The notes beneath the pieces are model-generated. The model saw only the letters and a list, made by a program, of their open reading frames with translations. It was not told the origin of the DNA and did not search any database. Position numbers and translations under genes: made by a program. Source: an uncultured Acholeplasmataceae bacterium (GTDB lineage: Bacteria > Bacillota_I > Bacilli_A > Acholeplasmatales > Acholeplasmataceae). Taken from it: DNA of 56,706 bases. Positions 46,692 to 54,620 of this stretch are shown here, one piece after another. The stretch spans positions 1 to 56,706 of the forward strand of contig CAUTNJ010000001.1 in the NCBI GenBank assembly GCA_963539745.1, in the 5' to 3' direction. How positions within the stretch are numbered: position 1 is the first letter of the stretch; each line of letters begins with the position of its first letter.

Positions 46692-47771
46692 TTATTTATA
46701 ATCTGGTAAACTTTCGTCTTTCTGCTCTAGTTCTGAGTTTCCAGAAACAGTTTCTTCAACTGCATTTGCACTAGACTCTTTATATTCCGCTTCTTGAGAA
46801 GCCGGTTGTTTTGTAAATTGATGTCTTGATTTTCTGTCTTTAAGAATTTCAACGATAAACTTATGGAAAACAATTAAATAAATAATGCCAAGACCAACTA
46901 GTGAAGTTAAAACAGATTGCCAAATAATTTTTCCGTTATATTGATTTAAGTTATATTGTTTAAACTCGGCATAAGTTTTGTTTTCTTTATATTTATTAAT
47001 ACTTTCAACAGCGTTTGCTTGAGTGTGAATTACTTCTTGGTTGCCTTCTAATTTAAGGCCAGTTTTAGCAAATTCAACTACAGTTTGTTTATGTCCATAC
47101 TCAGCGATTTTGCTGTCCTTGATTTTAGCGTTAATAGTTTGGATAAACAGTCTTTCTATCTCAAATGGTTTTTCTTTATCTGCGGTTTCTACAATAGTTG
47201 GGTATTGAGGAAATAAGTTAACCCCTGTGTTGTCGCTGGTTGGTTTGCCTGCTTCTTTTTGGTTTGAGTTAAAAACAATGTCTAGTTTAAATAAAACTTT
47301 TGAGTTAGTGATATATGAAGGAATTTCGGTGTAGTCTTGCTGAGAAGGGTCAACCAAATCAGTTTTGCCGTATTTACCGCTTTCAATAAATAAAAGAAAA
47401 CCAAGTGCATTAGTTTTGCGATTTTGAACAGCAAAAAACATTAGTTCAAGATCTTTAACTTCGTTGCCTGCTTTTTCTGGGAATTTTGCAGTAAAGTAAG
47501 CCTGTGGTTGAATATTGAAGTTGTGAAAAGCAGCGTAAGAACGCAAAAACTCAGTTCTAGCGTGTTCTTTATTTTTAGCCTCTGCACCTAAATAAGTTTT
47601 GTAAGTTGCAGCCGGTGATAATTGGTTAGTTGTGTCTTTGAAAAAAGAAGTTCTGCGGTCTTTAAGTCCAGTGATAATAATTGAATATAAAATAAACGCA
47701 AGAAATGCAAGTAAAATTACTAGGAAAAATATCCTTTGAATACCAAATTTTTTAGTTTCATTTTTTGACAT
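46692..47771 (-). CDS. bitopic membrane protein of unknown function (N- and C-terminal TM helices, ~260-aa external domain, acidic tail)
   Basis: 359 aa with GAGGTG SD. Helices IFFLVILLAFLAFILYSIIITGL and VLTSLVGLGIIYLIVF. No motif recognised. Confidence 0.75.
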   Translation of the reverse strand: MSKNETKKFGIQRIFFLVILLAFLAFILYSIIITGLKDRRTSFFKDTTNQLSPAATYKTYLGAEAKNKEHARTEFLRSYAAFHNFNIQPQAYFTAKFPEKAGNEVKDLELMFFAVQNRKTNALGFLLFIESGKYGKTDLVDPSQQDYTEIPSYITNSKVLFKLDIVFNSNQKEAGKPTSDNTGVNLFPQYPTIVETADKEKPFEIERLFIQTINAKIKDSKIAEYGHKQTVVEFAKTGLKLEGNQEVIHTQANAVESINKYKENKTYAEFKQYNLNQYNGKIIWQSVLTSLVGLGIIYLIVFHKFIVEILKDRKSRHQFTKQPASQEAEYKESSANAVEETVSGNSELEQKDESLPDYK

Positions 47772-47836
47772 TGTTCACCTCGTTAACAGGTATTATTATA
47801 TAACATCTAGTCTAAATTAAGCGCTATATAAAATAT

Positions 47837-47865
47837 TTGGATATTTTTTTCCAAAAGCATATAAT
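47837..47865 (+). promoter_or_regulatory. promoter of tRNA-His
   Basis: TTGGAT, 17 nt, TATAAT, ending 11 nt before the tRNA. Confidence 0.55.
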
Positions 47866-47876
47866 ATAAAAGATGT

Positions 47877-47952
47877 GGCGGTTGTGGCGAAGTGGTAACG
47901 CGACGGATTGTGGCTCCGATATGCGTGGGTTCGATTCCCATCAGCCGCCCCA
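47877..47952 (+). tRNA. tRNA-His (anticodon GUG) with encoded G-1
   Basis: G(-1)-GCGGTTG...loop TTGTGGC...GTGGG-TTCGATT-CCCAT-CAGCCGC-C-CCA. G-1/C73 is the His identity pair. Confidence 0.92.
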
Positions 47953-47971
47953 TTTTAAATAAGTTTAAGAC

Positions 47972-48006
47972 ACCCTTTTAAGTTAGTAAAGCTAATTTAA
48001 AAGGGT
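47972..48006 (+). terminator. terminator after tRNA-His
   Basis: ACCCTTTTAA-15 nt-TTAAAAGGGT followed by tttaatttt. Confidence 0.55.
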
Positions 48007-48060
48007 TTTAATTTTGTCTAAAAACATTCACTTCAACAAAATAAAAAAACGGTTTACACA

Positions 48061-48108
48061 CTTTTTTGGGTAAAAGTGTGATTTTTTACACATAATTACC
48101 CAAAAAAG
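48061..48108. repeat. perfect 13-bp inverted repeat separated by 22 nt
   Basis: CTTTTTTGGGTAA (48061-48073) and TTACCCAAAAAAG (48096-48108). The spacer has its own GTGTG/CACA(T) pairing. Confidence 0.8.
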
Positions 48109-48143
48109 AGTGATTTTAATTGTAAGCCTAAAATTTAAGAAAA

Positions 48144-48240
48144 TTGTAGCGTGTGCGCTATATTTTGTCAAAATAGGGAAATTTGTAGCGTATGAACTAC
48201 AATTTTTCAAAAAAAGTTGATATGTATTGTGCGTACTACA
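48144..48240. repeat. reiterated TTGTAGCGT-type motifs, partly palindromic
   Basis: TTGTAGCGT occurs at 48144-48152 and 48183-48191, with the degenerate copy TTGTGCGTACTACA at 48227-48240. Local palindromes are TAGCG-tgtg-CGCTA and TTGTAG-cgtatgaa-CTACAA. Confidence 0.7.
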
Positions 48241-48441
48241 TTTTTGTGCATTCGCTAATTTACACGATTCCGTATAAAAACCAAAAAGTTATGTTTTTTA
48301 AGATGTGTCTAGAATTTCAACTTACTGACATGATAAACTTAGATTGTGAATACCAAACAAAGTACAGCTAATTTGTTGCTTTTGTTGTTTTAAATAAAAT
48401 TAAAACTGACTTAATTTTATTTAAATTAAAGGAGAATTAAA

Positions 48442-49510
48442 ATGAACAGAAAAATCACATTCTTGTTTCTAGGCATTTTAAATCTAGTACTCGCATTTAC
48501 TTTGGGTTCTTGTACAAATCAGTTTAAAGAACCACGTAAAGTTGAAGTTACAGATATGCTTGGAACTAAAGTTTACGTTAAGAAAAATCCAAGTAAGGTA
48601 GCCTGCATTTCTAGAACCACCTATGACTTACTTGTAGCCTTACGGAGTTGGCGACAAAATAGATGGCGCTTATAAAGGAACTCTTAACAACAGATGGTTA
48701 AAACACATTTACCCAAACTCAAAAAACCACTATGTTTATGGCTACAAAAATAGTTTTGAACTTTTTTTAGAACGCAAAGTTGATTTAGTGTTTGCACCAG
48801 AGAAATATATAGCAGATGAATTAAATCAGCGTGGAATTCCTGCGGTTTGTGTTTCACTTTATGCAAAGCCTAACTTTGAAAAATATGTCACCTTCTTTTC
48901 TAGACTAATTAGACAAATTTGGGACAGCGAAGAAGTTAAAGAAAAATCAAGCAAGTGGGAAAACGAAGTTGAAGCAATAATTTCTAAAATCAAGGCTACA
49001 CTTGAAAAAAGTAAAGTTGCAAAACAAAAACTTTACTATGTTCGCGGCGATAAACCGAATGGTGTTGGCTACACAGACAACGCAGGTGCTTTTACAGAAT
49101 ACGCATATTCTGTTTTGGGCTTTGAATATCTTGGCAGTAAAATTACAACTAACCGCCCGTCTGATGAAGAGATTTTAAAATACAATCCAGATGTCGTAGT
49201 TTTCGGTGGCATTTATCAACACACCAACTTACTTAAAATTGCTAAAGCTCCTTACAATGAGTTAAAGGCTGTTAAAAAAGATCGCTTGTATAAAATTCCG
49301 ATTGGCGTGACTGCATTTGAACAAATTTCTGCAATGACACCAATATTTTTTGCCCAACAAGCAATGTCACTTCATCCTGATTTATTTGCCTTTGACATCA
49401 CAGGCATGTTAACAAAATCGATAAAAGAATATTTTGGCTACTCACTAAGTGCGAAAGATGCTGTTGCGATGCTAGCGGGTCTTGGTCCAAACTTAGAACC
49501 ACTTGTTTAG
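48442..49510 (+). pseudogene. class III (FhuD/BtuF-like) ABC substrate-binding lipoprotein interrupted by a +1 frameshift near 48637-48643
   Basis: AAGGAG SD and lipobox AFTLGSC. Frame 1 ends ...ISRTTYDLLVALRSWRQNRWRL*. The +1 frame continues YGVGDKIDGAYKGTLNNRW... straight into the 240-aa track ORF (48788-49510). The family-typical sequence is restored by skipping one base. Confidence 0.75.
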
Positions 49511-49514
49511 TTGA

Positions 49515-50516
49515 ATGAAAAAATTTAAAATTGCACTACCTTTAACTCTGCTAACAATGGTGGTGATTTTTATAATTGCTTTAATCGTTGGTAGATACAA
49601 CATTGGTTTTAGTAGTTTCTTTAAAGTGGTTTTCACTAAAGACACAGCCTACTCTGTACAAAGAACCATAATTTTTAAACTAAGACTACCCAGAACCACA
49701 ATGGCTATGCTAGCAGGCATTGGCCTTTCTGTCTCTGGTTTGCTTTATCAAGAGATTTTTCAAAATAAGTTAGTTTCACCAGACTTACTTGGAGTGTCGG
49801 CAGGTTCTTCAGTTGGAGCAGCAAGCGCTATACTGCTTGGAGTTGGTCCAGTTTTCATTTCTATGTTTTCCTTTTCTCTAGGTTTAATTACTGTGTTTTT
49901 AACCCTGCTTATCGCTAGGTTGTTTAAAAATGGGTCTCAGACTATTTTGTTAATTTCAGGGATATTAGTAGGTGGTTTAATGTCGGCAGTTTTGGCTTTT
50001 TTAAAATATTTTGCAGACCCACAAACTACCCTGGCTTCAATTATCTACTGGGAAATGGGTAGTTTCGGAAATGCCTTGTATTCGCAAGTTTTAATAATGA
50101 CAATAGTAGTTCTCGTTTGTGTGTCAGTTTTACTTTTAATCGCCTGGCGAATTAACATTGTTGCTCTCGGTGAAACTGAGGCCAAAACAAAGGGAATTAA
50201 CTACCAAGTTTATAAACACGGCATTATAATTATCGCTACTTTGCTTACAGCAATCTCTGTTTGCTTTTCTGGTAAAATCGCCTGGGTAGGCCTTGTTGTA
50301 CCACACATCACTAGACTATTTATTGGTAGAAACACCAAATACTCAATTCCACTTTCCATAACTATTGGTGCTACTTTTATGGTAGTTTGCGATATTATCA
50401 CTCGTTCTTTTACAGACTCAGAAGTGCCTTTGAGTGCAACAACTTCACTACTCAGCACACTAATTGTGGTTTTTATTTTAGTTTTCAAAAGGTTTAGACA
50501 AAAAAATGAATATTAA
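49515..50516 (+). CDS. FecCD-family ABC permease (iron-siderophore/cobalamin/haem type)
   Basis: 333 aa with about 9 TM helices and typical segments FKLRLPRTTMAMLAGIGLSVSG and GKIAWVGLVVPHITR. Confidence 0.9.
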   Translation: MKKFKIALPLTLLTMVVIFIIALIVGRYNIGFSSFFKVVFTKDTAYSVQRTIIFKLRLPRTTMAMLAGIGLSVSGLLYQEIFQNKLVSPDLLGVSAGSSVGAASAILLGVGPVFISMFSFSLGLITVFLTLLIARLFKNGSQTILLISGILVGGLMSAVLAFLKYFADPQTTLASIIYWEMGSFGNALYSQVLIMTIVVLVCVSVLLLIAWRINIVALGETEAKTKGINYQVYKHGIIIIATLLTAISVCFSGKIAWVGLVVPHITRLFIGRNTKYSIPLSITIGATFMVVCDIITRSFTDSEVPLSATTSLLSTLIVVFILVFKRFRQKNEY

Positions 50517-51276
50517 AATTAGTAATTTATCTTTTAAATACAAGAAACAAGAAATCAAAGAAACGGTTTCTAATGTAGATTTGTTTTTCAAAGAAGGCAC
50601 GATTAACGTACTTTTGGGTTTAAACGGTTCTGGTAAAACTACTTTACTTAAACTCCTTGCTGGGCTACTTCAACCGATTAGCGGAAATATTTGCTACGAA
50701 GAAAGAGATTTAAAATCCATAAAAATAGCAGAAAGAAGTAAGATATTTTCATATGTTCCTCAACACATTAACCTATTTCCAGATGTTAAGATTTCTGACT
50801 ATCTTTCTTTTAGTTTGGTAAACAAACTTGCGTTTTACAAATCACCAAATGAGAGCCTGGTTAAAAGAGTTAAAGAAATTGCAAAGGAACTTGGAATTGA
50901 GAAGTTATTAAATAAATGTCTTGGTGAGATTAGCGGTGGTGAAAAACAAAAGGTGTTAATCGCTGCTGCTTTAGTTCAAGACACACCAGTTATTATTCTA
51001 GATGAGCCTACTTCTGCACTTGACTTAAAAAATCAAAATATGGTTTTAAGTATGTTAAAGAAAATTAAAGATACAGGCAAGACCATCTTACTTTCCATTC
51101 ACAATCCGAACCACGCATTATTTTTAGATGCTAATGTTTCGCTAATTCAGGAAGGAAAAATTGTGGAAACTGGCTCTGCTAAAGAAATAATTAAAATTGA
51201 GAAGTTAAGAAAAATCTATGGTGCTGATTTGTGTAAGTCAAGGGAACTTCAATACGAAGAAATTAGTTTTAAATAA
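50506..51276 (+). CDS. ABC transporter ATP-binding protein (FepC/FecE type)
   Basis: Walker A GLNGSGKTT, signature ISGGEKQK, Walker B IILDEPTS. It overlaps the permease end. Confidence 0.92.
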   Translation: MNIKISNLSFKYKKQEIKETVSNVDLFFKEGTINVLLGLNGSGKTTLLKLLAGLLQPISGNICYEERDLKSIKIAERSKIFSYVPQHINLFPDVKISDYLSFSLVNKLAFYKSPNESLVKRVKEIAKELGIEKLLNKCLGEISGGEKQKVLIAAALVQDTPVIILDEPTSALDLKNQNMVLSMLKKIKDTGKTILLSIHNPNHALFLDANVSLIQEGKIVETGSAKEIIKIEKLRKIYGADLCKSRELQYEEISFK

Positions 51277-51346
51277 AACCAGATAAAGATGTAGGTATAT
51301 TTGTAGTCATATAATTATTACAATAAATTTACATTTTTAAAATTAG

Positions 51347-51382
51347 AAAATCCAGTAGAAGAGCGATTCTACTGGATTTTTA
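51347..51382 (+). terminator. strong terminator of the ABC operon
   Basis: AAAATCCAGTAGAA-gagcga-TTCTACTGGATTTT plus a T-run. Confidence 0.7.
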
Positions 51383-51398
51383 TTTTAAGATATTAGGT

Positions 51399-51578
51399 AA
51401 AATATGCTACCTATTCTATGTTTCATTTTTAAAAATCTTTTGACTTATGAACTGTTCAAGTTTAAAAAATAAAGTGTTGTTAGTAATTAAAATATTTTGT
51501 ATGTTGTTTTCACTATTATTAAAATCACCTAATTCTCTTTCACAAGATCGTTGTATACTAAAAAATATGCTACCTATT
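51399..51578. repeat. 17-bp direct repeat AAAATATGCTACCTATT, two copies 163 bp apart
   Basis: Identical copies at 51399-51415 and 51562-51578 in a gene-free stretch. Confidence 0.75.
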
Positions 51579-51789
51579 TAGTTTGTTTATATCTTGGGAT
51601 TAAAGACATTTTAATCCAATATTGTAGAATTTGAATAATTTTAGTATTTAGAGTGAAATTGTTCGCTATCACTGAACAATTTTAGTGTTTGCAAAAACCG
51701 ATGGTCTAAATGAAAAAAGTATCTCAGTTATGTAGCTTTTTGTGTTTTTTCTGGCTTGTTTAATTTATTACAGTATACATTACTGCTTC

Positions 51790-51825
51790 TTATGTGAAAC
51801 ATTTAATTACTTTTGTTTCACATAA
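51790..51825. repeat. 12-bp inverted repeat TTATGTGAAACA / TGTTTCACATAA
   Basis: Perfect arms with a 12-nt loop. A second inverted repeat, AAATTGTTC/GAACAATTT, lies at 51656-51682. Confidence 0.7.
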
Positions 51826-51857
51826 ATTACACACTAAAAGACTTAGCGTACAAAAAT

Positions 51858-51880
51858 AAAACCCCATAAAACGGGGTTTA
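51858..51880 (-). terminator. terminator downstream of tRNA-Glu
   Basis: Minus strand: AAACCCCG-ttttat-GGGGTTT followed by TATTTTT, 9 nt after the tRNA 3' end. Confidence 0.65.
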
Positions 51881-51888
51881 AATACATT

Positions 51889-51964
51889 TGGTGACCGCTA
51901 CGGGATTCGAACCCGTGGATGTATGCGTGAGGGGCATATGAGTTAACCATTTCTCCAAGCGGCC
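51889..51964 (-). tRNA. tRNA-Glu (anticodon CUC), apparently with C at position 33
   Basis: Manual fold of GGCCGCT-TG-GAGA..ACTC-A-TATGC-CCCUCAC-GCATA-CATCC-ACGGG-TTCGAAT-CCCGT-AGCGGTC-A-CCA. 76 nt, with a backbone very close to Bacillus tRNA-Glu. Confidence 0.82.
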
Positions 51965-51967
51965 AGT

Positions 51968-51990
51968 AAAAACAGGTTTTACCTGTTTTT
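51968..51990 (-). terminator. hairpin overlapping the gltX stop codon
   Basis: Minus strand: ACAGGT-aaa-ACCTGT followed by TTTTT. The tRNA-Glu 5' end follows 3 nt later. Confidence 0.5.
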
Positions 51991-53652
51991 TATTATATCA
52001 AAAACCTGAGAAATTCTTTGTTTAATTCTGGCAGGTCCCATGATTTTTTGAATTAAATAAAAGTTTGGAGTAGATTTTTTTAAGGCCAAAGCAACTCTTA
52101 GAACTTCGGCAACATCTGCAATCATTCCAATGTAGTTTTCAGGGTTTGCTTTATATTCTTTTTTGTTAGCAGCGTATTTTAGTTTTGAAAATAGTGCTTT
52201 AAATGCTTCAAACCACTCAGTTTCAGATGCAAGGTTAACAATATCTGCGTTAGCCTCATATTGTTTTAAAATTTCTAAAACTTGAGCATCGGTAAGTTTC
52301 TCTGAAAACACTAAGTCTTTAGTTAAGTTAGCAAAATAAACAGAGTCATCCATAAATCCAATTAAAGGCATAATTTCTGAAAAACTTGCGTAGTCTTTTC
52401 GCGGTTTTTCAGTTTCTCTTTCAATTGAAATAATTTGTTTAAAGTATTCAGGGTTTTTTGAAATAAAGTCGTAAAGCTCTTTTGAGTATACTTCAGACCA
52501 AGCCAAAGATTCTTTGTAAAACTGCTTAGTTGGAAGATTTCCAAGGTATTCTCTTGCGAAGTATTTAACTTTTTCAATGTCAAAAAGTGCTCCATCTAAA
52601 CTAATTTTTTCAAATGATAAGTTGAAGTCAAAAATAGATTTACCAGGGTTTTGAATTCGCCACTCTTCAAAATTAGAGTTAGCAATTGTTAGCAAATATT
52701 CAAGAAAAGCAAGTGGTGGGTATCCTCGCTCAAGAAAGTAAGAAACTGCGGCCTCTGGGTCTTTTCGTTTAGAAAGTTTACGGCGTTGCCCATTTTCATC
52801 TACTTTCATAATTACAGGTAAATGTGCGTAGTCTGGACGGCTAAAACCAAGAGTATCAAAAAGTTGCAAATGGATAGGTAGACTGCTTAACCACTCTTCA
52901 CCTCTGGTAATTGTAGTGGTGTGCATAAAGTGATCATCTACTAGATGCGCAAAGTGGTAAGTTGGCAGACCATCGTTTTTCATGATAACGATGTCTTGAA
53001 TGTTTTCAGGAATTTCTAAATCACCGCGAATTAAATCGCGAACCATAACCTTTTTATTTGCGTCACCAGGCGATTTAAAACGAATAACAAAATCAGCACC
53101 TGACTTGATTTTTGCAATAGCCTCTTTGTCTGTAAGAAAACGGTCTCTTGCAAACTCACCGTAATAACCTGGATTTTGTTTGTTTGCTTCTTGCACTTTT
53201 CTTAACTCGTTTAACTCGTTTTGTGTCATAAAACAAGGATAGGCTAAGTCTTTTTTAATCATTTCAGCAATTACTGAATCGTAAATTATTTTTCGCTTTG
53301 ACTGAATATAAGGTGCGTATTCACCTGACTTTAAAAAAGATTCATCTGGTTCAATGCCAAAGTCTTTAAGTTCTTTTAAAACTTGTTCACCAGTTCCAGC
53401 AATTTCTCTTTTGGTATCTGTGTCCTCAAGTCTAACATAAAAAACACCGTCAGTTTGCTTAGCAAAACGCCAAGAGATTAGCGATGCGAATAAACTACCG
53501 GTGTGTAAAAACCCAGTGGGAGATGGAGCGAAGCGAGTAACCAATGCACCTGGTTTTAAGTTTCTTTTTGGAAACATTTTTTCAAGTTCAGCAATGGTGT
53601 GTAGTTTTTCGTCCTTAAAAATTAACTTAATTAATTCTAATTTTTCTTGCAT
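51979..53652 (-). CDS. gltX: glutamate--tRNA ligase (long, 557-aa form)
   Basis: VTRFAPSPTGFLHTGSLFASL (HxGx signature), VRLEDTDTKRE and KLSKRK. AAGGAG SD. There is a ~35-aa N-terminal extension, and the C-terminal domain looks longer than in my recollection of ~480-aa GluRS. Confidence 0.88.
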   Translation of the reverse strand: MQEKLELIKLIFKDEKLHTIAELEKMFPKRNLKPGALVTRFAPSPTGFLHTGSLFASLISWRFAKQTDGVFYVRLEDTDTKREIAGTGEQVLKELKDFGIEPDESFLKSGEYAPYIQSKRKIIYDSVIAEMIKKDLAYPCFMTQNELNELRKVQEANKQNPGYYGEFARDRFLTDKEAIAKIKSGADFVIRFKSPGDANKKVMVRDLIRGDLEIPENIQDIVIMKNDGLPTYHFAHLVDDHFMHTTTITRGEEWLSSLPIHLQLFDTLGFSRPDYAHLPVIMKVDENGQRRKLSKRKDPEAAVSYFLERGYPPLAFLEYLLTIANSNFEEWRIQNPGKSIFDFNLSFEKISLDGALFDIEKVKYFAREYLGNLPTKQFYKESLAWSEVYSKELYDFISKNPEYFKQIISIERETEKPRKDYASFSEIMPLIGFMDDSVYFANLTKDLVFSEKLTDAQVLEILKQYEANADIVNLASETEWFEAFKALFSKLKYAANKKEYKANPENYIGMIADVAEVLRVALALKKSTPNFYLIQKIMGPARIKQRISQVFDIIKNR

Positions 53653-53688
53653 ATTTTAGTCTCCTTGCTAATTTATTTTTATATTAAA

Positions 53689-53708
53689 AAAGAGGTATAA
53701 ACCTCTTT
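53689..53708 (-). terminator. terminator after rpsU
   Basis: AAAGAGGT-ataa-ACCTCTTT with flanking A and T runs. Confidence 0.6.
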
Positions 53709-53724
53709 TTTAAACTAAATTAAC

Positions 53725-53910
53725 TTATCTAGATGCGCGTCTTGCTTTTTGACGATTTGCACGTAGACGTGCTTTACGTTCTTCAGATGGTTTAACGTAA
53801 AATTCTTTTTTTCTAGCATCAGCGATAATTCCTGCTTTGGCAACATCGCGTTTAAAACGACGTAGTGCGTCTTCAAGAGTTTCTTTTTCTCTAACAACTA
53901 TTTTAGCCAA
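53725..53910 (-). CDS. rpsU: ribosomal protein bS21
   Basis: 61 aa, (M)[22 protein letters not shown]... It has a TTG start with GAGGTG 7 nt upstream. Confidence 0.93.
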   Translation of the reverse strand: MAKIVVREKETLEDALRRFKRDVAKAGIIADARKKEFYVKPSEERKARLRANRQKARRASR

Positions 53911-53987
53911 CTAAATCACCTCATTTCTGCTAAAAATACCTAATAAGTATAACACAATAGTCCGAACAAGACAATTATTTTAATCAG

Positions 53988-54620
53988 TTATTTTAAAGAG
54001 CAAATTGCTGCTTTGCGGTCAGGTTGATTTAAAATATAACTCCCCGCAACCACAATATCCGCACCCGCTGCTTTGATTTTTTCAATGTTTGTAGAGTCAA
54101 CTCCACCATCTACTTCAATTTCAAAGTTAAGTCCATGTTTTTCGCGGTATGCTTTTAGTTCTTTAATTTTGTCAAGAGCGCTTTCTATAAACTTCTGTCC
54201 ACCAAAACCTGGTTCAACAGACATGACAAGCACTAAGTCTATTTCTTTAAGAAACGGATGAATTTCTTTAACTTCTGTTTTAGGTTTAATAGATATTCCT
54301 GCTTTTTTACCAGTATCTTTGATTTTAGCAATAGTTTTTAAAATATTGCTTTTAGCCTCAAAGTGAAAAGTAATGTTGTAAGTATTGCTTAAATTAAACT
54401 TATCGACCCAAAAGTCCGGCCAATCTACCATTAGGTGAATGTCAAGCGGGACAGTAGTTGAATTGTTTGTAAGTTTAGTTATGTATGGTCCAAAGGAAAT
54501 GTTTGGCACAAAGTTTCCGTCCATAATGTCAATGTGAAAACGGTCTGCGGTTTCAATTGATTTGAGTTCTTGTTTTAAATTCAAAAAATCAGCTGTTAAG
54601 ATTGATGGGGCAACTTTCAT
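53988..54620 (-). CDS. rpe: ribulose-phosphate 3-epimerase
   Basis: 210 aa with APSILTADF, HIDIMDGNFVPN, MSVEPGFGGQKF and VDGG. Confidence 0.95.
   Translation of the reverse strand: MKVAPSILTADFLNLKQELKSIETADRFHIDIMDGNFVPNISFGPYITKLTNNSTTVPLDIHLMVDWPDFWVDKFNLSNTYNITFHFEAKSNILKTIAKIKDTGKKAGISIKPKTEVKEIHPFLKEIDLVLVMSVEPGFGGQKFIESALDKIKELKAYREKHGLNFEIEVDGGVDSTNIEKIKAAGADIVVAGSYILNQPDRKAAICSLK

Noticed and set aside
48028-48210. 60-aa minus-strand ORF in the tRNA-His/ABC intergenic region
   Set aside because: It has no SD, its composition looks random, and it spans the inverted and direct repeats. The region is better explained as non-coding.
48210-48441. Cobalamin riboswitch or Fur box upstream of the FecCD-type transporter
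   Set aside because: I could not find a B12 box (AGYCMGGAGACCKGCC-like) or GC-rich riboswitch stems. The only Fur-like fragment (catgataaacttagat) is a poor match to GATAATGATAATCATTATC.
51399-51578. CRISPR-like array
   Set aside because: There are only two copies of a 17-bp repeat 163 bp apart, and no cas genes.
47953-51888. Genomic island or integrated mobile element at tRNA-His
   Set aside because: There is no integrase, transposase or phage gene, and I found no direct repeat of the tRNA-His 3' end. Only the circumstantial features (a pseudogene and long non-coding flanks) are reported, as findings.
53653-53724. T-box leader upstream of gltX
   Set aside because: Only about 36 nt separate the rpsU terminator from the gltX SD, which is far too short for a T-box.
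53715-53897. 60-aa alternate-frame ORF within rpsU
   Set aside because: It overlaps the clear bS21 reading frame on the same strand, and only the bS21 frame has family similarity and an SD.
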